Positions 56,901-64,000 of a stretch of 64,000 nucleotides of DNA are shown in pieces (within the stretch, counting starts at the first letter, position 1; the number at the start of each line of letters is the position of its first letter). The translations under genes and the position numbers were made by a program. The stretch comes from a virus: positions 7,708 through 71,707 of IMG/VR virus record IMGVR_UViG_3300043434_000833. The stretch is one strand, 5' to 3'. Below the pieces are notes generated by a model. That model saw only the letters and a list, made by a program, of their open reading frames with translations, had not been told where the DNA came from and made no database searches.

Positions 56901-58306
56901 ATTCCTACATTAATATGTTTTATATTATTTGAAGTTACTACTCCATATTCTACAAATTCTAAATTTGAAAGTCCGTCATCATTTAAAAGTTCATCATTCA
57001 ATGAAACTTCGTTATAGAATCTTAATTGATTCCATCTTGTGGCTTGGTCTTTCCATTTATTATTTAAAAACCCATTTTCTTCGTGTTTTAATGATTTAAA
57101 AAGTGACGGTCTTCTATGTGGTATTTTTACATCTTTGTATTCATCATATACCTCATCAACAATTTCACATTTTACAATTTTACCATTATTACCATTACCC
57201 GATAAATCAACTAACTCATAATTTTCAATTTTATTCGCATCATAATATGTTTTTAAAAACTTACCAGAGTCATATTGATTTAAATCTGTGTTATTATTTG
57301 AAATTTCTTTTATTTGATTTTCAGATAGTAATTCATTGTAATATGCAAATGAGTCAATTGTTCCTTTAAAATAATTGGGTGCGATTTCTCGTTCTATATT
57401 ACCCACCCCTAAATAAAAGTAAGGTTGTAATTTATATTTATAAAGTTTTCGATATGTTTCTGTTGATCCGATAAAAATACCGTCTTGGTAAACACTCATT
57501 ATATTATTAATACTATCGATAGTAACAGTAATATTTGTTTTGTAATTAGTTTTAATATTTGAATTAATGTACAACGCATTTAACTTCGTATCGAAAGCAC
57601 AAAAATTATATCTTGAGAATGAGTTATAACATATGGCGAAATCGTAACCTGGTACACTAAATACAGTAAATTCATCACTTTCTTTTGTGTGATTTAATTC
57701 TAATTTTTCAGGAAAAAATGATACGAATATGGTTGCACTGTCATAAAAATCAATAATGTTTTTACATTCAACGTAAGAATCTTTTCCATTAAAATTTAAC
57801 GATTGTCCTTTACGCCCCATATTCTTTATTTTTAACGTGTTTAATTCCACATTCTTTTTTACACATCTTAATAATAAATCAGTGTCCTCATAACCCCATC
57901 CCCAATATTTGTTTGAATATCCATTTATTTTTTCAAATGATTCGTTTGGAAACATTGTTACTCCACCAAAATATTCGTCAAATAATTCCCTTTGTTTTTC
58001 TTCCTCTTCAACAACAAAATCGGTGGATAAATGTAATGGTGTTTCCGAATAGGAATAATCCACATTAATGGGTAACATATCTACGTCGTGAAACACGACA
58101 TAATCACATTTATCATTTTTCGCATACTTGTATCCAATATTTAAAAGAAATCCCCTATTAAATTGTTTGGCATCATCTTGTTCAACTATGTATACCGTAT
58201 GTTTTATTTTTTTATCGGCAAAATAGTTCCCCATATGTTTCTTAAACACTTCCAATTGGTCGTATCTGTTTCTATATGGAACTATGATACCTAATTTTTT
58301 AATCAT
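56897..58306 (-). CDS. GT7 (beta-1,4-galactosyltransferase-like) with inserted LamG-like domain
   Basis: VPYRNR, FNRG.LLN.G, HDVD, WGWGYED; LNFNG...FKGTID...DLSGNGNNG insert; DGLS. Confidence 0.9.
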   Translation of the reverse strand: MIKKLGIIVPYRNRYDQLEVFKKHMGNYFADKKIKHTVYIVEQDDAKQFNRGFLLNIGYKYAKNDKCDYVVFHDVDMLPINVDYSYSETPLHLSTDFVVEEEEKQRELFDEYFGGVTMFPNESFEKINGYSNKYWGWGYEDTDLLLRCVKKNVELNTLKIKNMGRKGQSLNFNGKDSYVECKNIIDFYDSATIFVSFFPEKLELNHTKESDEFTVFSVPGYDFAICYNSFSRYNFCAFDTKLNALYINSNIKTNYKTNITVTIDSINNIMSVYQDGIFIGSTETYRKLYKYKLQPYFYLGVGNIEREIAPNYFKGTIDSFAYYNELLSENQIKEISNNNTDLNQYDSGKFLKTYYDANKIENYELVDLSGNGNNGKIVKCEIVDEVYDEYKDVKIPHRRPSLFKSLKHEENGFLNNKWKDQATRWNQLRFYNEVSLNDELLNDDGLSNLEFVEYGVVTSNNIKHINVGI

Positions 58307-58502
58307 TATTTTTTTCTTCTTCCGGTTTTACCGCTGTATGAAATTCCGCCAAGTAATATTGGATTCTTTGACTCCATTCATCTTTATCGATTTCCTCAAA
58401 CCATACGGTTAATGAATCTAATGAATTGGCAATTTTCTCTAATGCCTTTACTTTTCTTAATTCGAGAGCAACTTGCTCATCTTTGTCTTTTTGTACACTC
58501 AT
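58299..58502 (-). CDS. Hypothetical protein
   Basis: Overlap-coupled on both sides. Confidence 0.6.
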   Translation of the reverse strand: MSVQKDKDEQVALELRKVKALEKIANSLDSLTVWFEEIDKDEWSQRIQYYLAEFHTAVKPEEEKNND

Positions 58503-59356
58503 ATTGATACTATTTTTTTTATTAATTTATTCCAATTTCTATAACGATTGTATTCGGGGTATGTTAAACCAAGTTCAAACATATATTCGGGATTCGTTAA
58601 ATCCACAACAAAGTTATTCTTTTTTAATTCTTTATACATTTGAAAGTATTCACTTGAAAATGCATAATCTTCATTAAGATTTGCTACTTCTAAAATTCTA
58701 TCAATCGATGTTGAATCCCATTTAAAATGATGTACTTGTACTGAATGTGTATCGATAGGTGCAATCAATGGATGATTCCATCCTTGCCATCTCCAAGTTG
58801 TGTGGTCATTAATCTTTGCATAATGTTGTCCTGGTGTTACGTCGACATATCCCTTAACCACACAAATTTTATTAGGACAAGCTGAACTCATTGGGTAACG
58901 AAAAAACCCAGCGTTCGGGAATTGTCTCCATATGGATTCGTCATTTTTTAATTCAACAAATTCACCACCACCACCAATTCTATCAATAAAACCACCTCTT
59001 ACAATGTCCCAATTATTTTTTTCACAATCACTTATTAATGTTCGTAAATCATTATTTGGGTATAAATGAAACTCGTCAATGTCTGCAATAACAAACCAAT
59101 CCCCACTACTTTTCATTTTTATAAAATTGTATAATTGAGTCACTTTTTCCCAATCATATAACCTTTCTTTAATCTCTATTGAAACATTAACATTATCGTA
59201 AGATTCAATAATTTGTTTTACTTCGTCACCTATTTTTTGGTGTAATTCCGTTTCATAAACCGCAATCACAATCTCATCAACCTGTTTTTGGTAATGTTCA
59301 ATAAAATGTGGGAGTAATTTTGTCCCGTGCCCAATAACTGTCAATAACTTAATCAT
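58499..59356 (-). CDS. Glycosyltransferase family 2-like (Glyco_tranf_2_4 type)
   Basis: LPHFIEHY, WFVIADIDEF, HHFKW. Confidence 0.75.
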   Translation of the reverse strand: MIKLLTVIGHGTKLLPHFIEHYQKQVDEIVIAVYETELHQKIGDEVKQIIESYDNVNVSIEIKERLYDWEKVTQLYNFIKMKSSGDWFVIADIDEFHLYPNNDLRTLISDCEKNNWDIVRGGFIDRIGGGGEFVELKNDESIWRQFPNAGFFRYPMSSACPNKICVVKGYVDVTPGQHYAKINDHTTWRWQGWNHPLIAPIDTHSVQVHHFKWDSTSIDRILEVANLNEDYAFSSEYFQMYKELKKNNFVVDLTNPEYMFELGLTYPEYNRYRNWNKLIKKIVSI

Positions 59357-60080
59357 TTCTTTTGTTAATCACCGTAATTCCGCTTGACGCTGGTTTATTA
59401 GGTAATATACGAAAATTAAATAGATTTATCAAATTATATGTTGGGTTTTTTTGTAATTCTTTTATGAATTTGGATGGTCCGTCAAATCGGTGATAATCTT
59501 TCTTAGAATCCTCAGATACAATCAGTGACTTTTCATATTTCTCGTCTGTGTCGTGTATAATTATTATACCATTATCACTTAGTAATTGTGAATACAATTC
59601 AAAATCTTTTTTAACCCCCTCATATGAATGGTCCCCATCAATAAAAATAAAATCTAATTTGATGTCTTGTAAAACAAAGAAATTATAATAAGCCTCTTCT
59701 GAAGTTGATTTAATAAATCTGGGGTGAAATGTATAACGGTAGTATGAATTCTCATCTTCAAGGTCGTTAGGTCCTCCTACACCGTTGCAAGCGTCAACAA
59801 CATAGGTTGTACCAATATCCCCCCAACTTAAGTTGTCATCTCCCTCAAAAATTCCTTGTTTGTGTAAATCTAATCTTGCTTGTGTAATAATACGTGGTAT
59901 GTAACCACCCCCTGAACCAATACAAAGACAATTCTTAGCTCTCATATGTTGTATCATTGAATATACAACAATACCGTCTCCTAAATGTTCTTCTGTTGCA
60001 CCGTGAGTCCATCTATATGGTACTGAATCTCCATTATTAGTGGTGATACGTTCTTTTATAAAATCTTGATTGGTTATCAT
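59349..60080 (-). CDS. Class I SAM methyltransferase (Methyltransf_24-like)
   Basis: IGSGGG, FIDGDHSYEGV..DF, G..IIHDT; start at ATG 60080. Confidence 0.85.
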   Translation of the reverse strand: MITNQDFIKERITTNNGDSVPYRWTHGATEEHLGDGIVVYSMIQHMRAKNCLCIGSGGGYIPRIITQARLDLHKQGIFEGDDNLSWGDIGTTYVVDACNGVGGPNDLEDENSYYRYTFHPRFIKSTSEEAYYNFFVLQDIKLDFIFIDGDHSYEGVKKDFELYSQLLSDNGIIIIHDTDEKYEKSLIVSEDSKKDYHRFDGPSKFIKELQKNPTYNLINLFNFRILPNKPASSGITVINKRND

Positions 60081-60084
60081 CAAG

Positions 60085-60115
60085 ATAATATAACTAAAAA
60101 AAGTTAAATTACAAA
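60085..60115 (-). promoter_or_regulatory. -33/-7 type promoter
   Basis: TTTG-N19-TATATTAT, 4 nt before ATG. Confidence 0.55.
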
Positions 60116-62022
60116 ATCTTAATTACACTTATAGTGCCAGCTATTGGTTGTGAAAAATAAACCTCTATATTGTTACTATCAACTGAATAAACTTCGGTTG
60201 GTAGTATAACTTTTCTATTTGTGTCCCAAGCGGTTACAACCGGAAAATCCATACCTAAGTTATGGGCAACTGACCAAGTTGTTAATGCGGTGTATGTTTG
60301 TGAATAACCACCTAAACCATCTCTACCACTTGTTCCCGATGTACCACTAGTACCTGCGGTACCTGCACCACCTAATGTAACACTAAGAATACCTGTTTGT
60401 GGTTGTGAGAAATATACGCTAACATTATTCTCATCCACGGCCTTTATTTCACTCGGTATAACCACATATCCATCATTATCAAATATTTGTATCGACGGGT
60501 ATCTCTGACCCATTTGGTGGTTAAATGACCACGTCGCTGTTGGTGACAACACTGTTGATGTTCTAGTTACACCCGATACAACTATCGGATTTAAAACGTA
60601 AGATGCTGTCTCTGCATAAGATGAACTTGCGATTGTGGATGTTGCTGAAGATGTGTAACTATAGAATTCTGTCGAATCTAATTTACCCGTTCCAACAACA
60701 TCTCCATTAATATATAATGAACCGGATATGTTTAAACTTCCACTTAGGTCGTATTCACCATTTAAATTTTTACTATTTGTCCAAAGACTTCCACTTCTTA
60801 CAAATAAATCACCTGTTGTTACTCCTGTTGTTATATTAACATCGTGTTGACCATTAATTGACCCTCTTAAATTGGGTCTAACCAATATAGTTATATGATT
60901 TTCACCTCCATTAACGTAAGTAACCACAGCAATTGTCGATTTCAATGCAGGTGCCGTAGGTGTTATATTAGTCATTTTACCCGCAATAGTGGGGTGTGGG
61001 TAAAGTACGTTACCTTCTACCCAAGTCTCCCCATTTGGAACTAAATGAGACATTGTTATTTGTCTAACATAACCAAACCAAGTCGCAAACCCCTCACCAT
61101 TTATTGCAATATCTTCGGTAAGAACTCCAACAATTAAATCCGCTGAATAAGTCCCATCGGTAATTGCCTTTTGAATATTTAATCTACCACCAAATGTTGG
61201 TGTTGTGGGGTTGACCATCACCAATGTACCATCGGTTAATATTTCATTAGTTTTATTTACTACGGGTGGGTAGAATAATTCTTGACCAATTTGATTAGTG
61301 GCATTATTCCCCATTTTTAAATCTAATGTTCTGTCTTGTAGATTTACCGCAAAAGTGTAATCAGGTAAAACTGTGGGAATCGATGAAGAATTAAAAGTCA
61401 AATAGTCCATTTGACCTCTACCGTTTATTGAACCACTGAGCGACCCTGTTAAAGTGCCATAAATTGATCCGGTGACATATAATGAACCCGATAAAGACGC
61501 ATCTCCATCTTCATCTATCATATATTTTCTAACTCCATTCTTACTGAATAGTAAACCATCGATGTCGGTTGTTAAACCTCTTGATGCCCCAATCGTCCAA
61601 TCTTCATTATTCCAATTGAATCTAATACCGGATGCCACCCTATCAGGAGTATTAAAACTCGCCGAATTATAAACTGAACTTGGTGGAACAAAAACCTGTA
61701 CATTTGCCACGGGGTCAGTACCCGATACAACTAAAGACGTAAATGATGTATTACCCGTTACCGATAATGAACCGGTGATTTTTGTCGTTCCCGTTATACT
61801 TTCAGTACCAATTAAATTGATACTACCACTAAGATTTAATGAACCCGTATTTTGAGTGTTTGTTGAAACTACTTCTTCAATCGAGGCATTTAATGACCCC
61901 GATTTTGCAAAATAAATTTTACCGTCTGTTGTGTTTATTGATAATTCACCTAATTCTAATTGAGAATTAGTGGGTCTTTTACCTTCGACCGCACTTCTAC
62001 GTAGTTTTAATATTTGACTCAT
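60109..62022 (-). CDS. Tail fibre/virion structural protein
   Basis: N-terminal LKLRRS...P...L.LGEL.INT.DGK attachment motif, SGSL repeats, GTAGTSGTSG linker, duplicated C-terminal TW...H..G..P.V domain. Confidence 0.8.
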   Translation of the reverse strand: MSQILKLRRSAVEGKRPTNSQLELGELSINTTDGKIYFAKSGSLNASIEEVVSTNTQNTGSLNLSGSINLIGTESITGTTKITGSLSVTGNTSFTSLVVSGTDPVANVQVFVPPSSVYNSASFNTPDRVASGIRFNWNNEDWTIGASRGLTTDIDGLLFSKNGVRKYMIDEDGDASLSGSLYVTGSIYGTLTGSLSGSINGRGQMDYLTFNSSSIPTVLPDYTFAVNLQDRTLDLKMGNNATNQIGQELFYPPVVNKTNEILTDGTLVMVNPTTPTFGGRLNIQKAITDGTYSADLIVGVLTEDIAINGEGFATWFGYVRQITMSHLVPNGETWVEGNVLYPHPTIAGKMTNITPTAPALKSTIAVVTYVNGGENHITILVRPNLRGSINGQHDVNITTGVTTGDLFVRSGSLWTNSKNLNGEYDLSGSLNISGSLYINGDVVGTGKLDSTEFYSYTSSATSTIASSSYAETASYVLNPIVVSGVTRTSTVLSPTATWSFNHQMGQRYPSIQIFDNDGYVVIPSEIKAVDENNVSVYFSQPQTGILSVTLGGAGTAGTSGTSGTSGRDGLGGYSQTYTALTTWSVAHNLGMDFPVVTAWDTNRKVILPTEVYSVDSNNIEVYFSQPIAGTISVIKIL

Positions 62023-62043
62023 ACATATGTATTCTAAATCCTT

Positions 62044-62078
62044 GTGATATATATCACGGTTAATGACCTATATAGGTC
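62044..62078. promoter_or_regulatory. Two perfect 14-bp palindromes
   Basis: GTGATATATATCAC (62044-62057) and GACCTATATAGGTC (62065-62078). Confidence 0.6.
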
Positions 62079-62082
62079 TTGT

Positions 62083-62103
62083 TATAAATAGTTCCTATAA
62101 ATA
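62083..62103 (-). promoter_or_regulatory. Tandem TATTTATA putative late promoters
   Basis: Octamer at 62083-62090 and 62096-62103. Confidence 0.45.
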
Positions 62104-62104
62104 A

Positions 62105-62132
62105 AAAAGGAGACGTCTTATGTTCTCCTTTT
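62105..62132 (-). terminator. Intrinsic terminator
   Basis: AAAAGGAGA-loop-TCTCCTTTT just past stop of 62150-63028. Confidence 0.7.
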
Positions 62133-62149
62133 ATCATTTTTATTTTATT

Positions 62150-63028
62150 TTAACATTGTTCAGATGATAGTCCGACTACCACTCCCGTTAATGAACTAAT
62201 ATCCCACAGTTGTTCATTGATAAATACATTATCGTATCCTATTAATGCATTAGGGAACGTATCGACATAAACAGTACATCCCGTCCCAAATGTTAATGAA
62301 TCACAGTCAGAATATAAGACCTTAGGATTCGTGGAAGCGTCAAAACAAGCTGAACTCGGTGTTGCCCCGTATCCACACAAAGAATACATATTTAAAGATG
62401 CCGATGTTGGAGTTGGAGTTGGCGTTGCGGTTGCCACAGGTGCATCAGGTGTTGGAGTTGGCGTTGGAGTACTATCAAAAATCGTACAGTCAATTATGTT
62501 ACTCAAAATACCTCCACTAATTTCTCTAACTACATATGTACCGTTCTCATTTAAAATAAAGAATCCGTCGGATATTTTTGAACAATCTCCTAAAATTTCA
62601 GTTTGATATACCGTATTATCGGGACCAATTTGTGAAAAGAGACTACTACTCAAAAAACCTAAATTATTATTTAAATCGTTAAGGACGTTACACACGTCTA
62701 TAGCCGTATAAGAGGAAAAAGTATTAGTTTGACCACTAAACGGCCCATCAGTATATGAAAATTGAATAAATAATTCGGTTGTTGTCAATCCGGTAGGTCT
62801 ATTACAATCACTACAAGGGATTTGTACATAACAAAATTGATTGTTTCCCGATGTTAATCCCGTAAACTGTACTTGATATGTACCTTCATATTGTTCAGGA
62901 TTTACAATTTCCATTGGAAATGTGTGGGTACCTAAATTAGTTGTACTACCGTTTGAATTACAAGGGTAAAAATAAACGTTTCCCGATGCACCGTTATAGT
63001 TATTTGTTGTTAATTGTATTGTTGCCAT
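62150..63028 (-). CDS. Cys-rich protein with Pro-Thr linker, probable virion surface protein
   Basis: STPTPTPTPDAPVATATPTPTPTS between Cys-containing modules; TATTTATT at 63048-63055. Confidence 0.65.
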   Translation of the reverse strand: MATIQLTTNNYNGASGNVYFYPCNSNGSTTNLGTHTFPMEIVNPEQYEGTYQVQFTGLTSGNNQFCYVQIPCSDCNRPTGLTTTELFIQFSYTDGPFSGQTNTFSSYTAIDVCNVLNDLNNNLGFLSSSLFSQIGPDNTVYQTEILGDCSKISDGFFILNENGTYVVREISGGILSNIIDCTIFDSTPTPTPTPDAPVATATPTPTPTSASLNMYSLCGYGATPSSACFDASTNPKVLYSDCDSLTFGTGCTVYVDTFPNALIGYDNVFINEQLWDISSLTGVVVGLSSEQC

Positions 63029-63058
63029 TTTTTCTTTTTTTCTTTTTAATAAATATTT

Positions 63059-63289
63059 TTATATTAATGATAATATTTGATTTTTAATATTGTCGAAATC
63101 AATCTCTGTTGATTCTGACCATATAGTATTATCCAAACTCTCATTAATAAACCCATCAACTGTCTCATCATTATAATATAACGTAATCGATTTGAGTGGG
63201 ACTCCTGGATATAACTTTACAACATATCTATTTTCAACATCCACCATCATACGTTGTTCTTTATCTATTCTTTTATAATATTTTTTCAT
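63059..63289 (-). CDS. Hypothetical protein
   Basis: Fills gap between structural-type genes. Confidence 0.55.
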   Translation of the reverse strand: MKKYYKRIDKEQRMMVDVENRYVVKLYPGVPLKSITLYYNDETVDGFINESLDNTIWSESTEIDFDNIKNQILSLI

Positions 63290-63322
63290 TTTATATGTTT
63301 TTTATTTTATATGTTTTTTATT

Positions 63323-64000
63323 TTATACACATTCAGGACAACTACCCGTTTGTTCATACGCCACAAATGCTTCAACAAATTCACCGATACTGGCGTCTTG
63401 TGGATTTGAGAAATTACCGTCAGCGTAAACACAGTCATTACCGTATTCAGGTAATGTTAAATAACCAAAGGTCGGTAACAATGTTCCATAACTGTAGTAG
63501 TATTTCTTACCTGTCGCACAACTTGTAAATACCGTATATAATGTTGGTTCAGCTTCGGGTGTTGGGCTTGGTGTTGGGGTAGGTGTAGCGGTTGGTGGTG
63601 CTGGTGTACTAGTTGGTGTTGGGGTCGGTGTATCTGTTGGTATTGGGGTTGGGGTTGGTGTGGCAGTTGGTGGTGTGTTATCACATAATTGGCAAGCTTG
63701 TGACCGAGTTGCAGTATTTTGACCTGAGAAGTGAAATATTTGAAGATAACTACCTTCGTAAGACAACCAAAAAGTACTTTGACCTAACGTTGTGAAGTAG
63801 CTAGATGTAAATGTTGTTACAGAACAGAAATTAGAACTGTTACCAAATACCGTTATGTCAGTTCCACTATTACAAGCAAAGTTACCTGAAGGTTGAATAG
63901 TGTTAAACTTAACGTTAAATGATGGTTCAGGTGTACTAGTTGGTGTTGGAGTTGGCGTAGCAGTTGGTGGTACTGGTGTACTAGTTGGTGTTGGAGTTGG
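63323..64000 (-). CDS. 3' part of a Pro-Thr-repeat, Cys-rich modular protein (starts beyond window)
   Basis: Frame is open from 64000 (PTPTPTSTPVPPTATPTP...) through the 147-aa track ORF to stop at 63323. Confidence 0.8.
   Translation of the reverse strand, partial: PTPTPTSTPVPPTATPTPTPTSTPEPSFNVKFNTIQPSGNFACNSGTDITVFGNSSNFCSVTTFTSSYFTTLGQSTFWLSYEGSYLQIFHFSGQNTATRSQACQLCDNTPPTATPTPTPIPTDTPTPTPTSTPAPPTATPTPTPSPTPEAEPTLYTVFTSCATGKKYYYSYGTLLPTFGYLTLPEYGNDCVYADGNFSNPQDASIGEFVEAFVAYEQTGSCPECV

Noticed and set aside
1984-63795. Many short antisense or nested ORFs in the track (e.g. 1984, 2848, 6293, 6634, 15778, 27103, 27760, 51202, 62331, 63196)
   Set aside because: They overlap well-supported genes, lack motifs and have shadow-frame composition
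1-64000. Stop-codon reassignment as in some large phages
   Set aside because: ORFs are full length and tightly packed under code 11; TAA, TAG and TGA all terminate genes
1-64000. Bacterial O-antigen/capsule locus or eukaryotic giant virus
   Set aside because: No flippase, polymerase or exporter; S74 tail fibres, overlapping operons and intrinsic terminators point to a tailed phage, though core head genes are outside the window
1-64000. tRNA, rRNA, IS or integrase
   Set aside because: None recognised; intergenic gaps are too short or too AT-rich, though no covariance search was run

Overview
AT-rich, gene-dense, standard-code segment that reads as part of a large (jumbo-type) tailed phage, most likely of a Bacteroidota host: tail-fibre genes with an S74 chaperone, no obvious Shine-Dalgarno motifs, and recurring TT(T)G-N19/20-TATATT(T/A)T promoters. 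After a few core genes (NlpC/P60, thyA, DUF192, DNA methylase), about 55 kb (4.7-60 kb) is one glycan/small-molecule modification island. It holds around 20 glycosyltransferase-like domains (GT2, GT4, GT7, an Aah/TibC-type protein O-glycosyltransferase, six GT10-like paralogues), nucleotide-sugar enzymes including a split TPP enzyme, methyltransferases, three sulfotransferases with a PAPS supply, a carbamoyltransferase, seven SGNH-like proteins, 2OG-Fe(II) oxygenases and two radical SAM enzymes. Ser/Thr- and Pro/Thr-rich virion proteins within and beside it are plausible substrates. The most unusual element is a 509-aa protein (26520-28049) fusing a circularly permuted ATP-grasp-like domain, a Hint domain that appears able to cleave only at its C-terminus, and a 29-aa six-cysteine peptide. 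It sits among tailoring enzymes that nearly all end in a shared basic-then-[IL][IL] C-terminal tag. All calls come from reading motifs by eye; no database searches were run.
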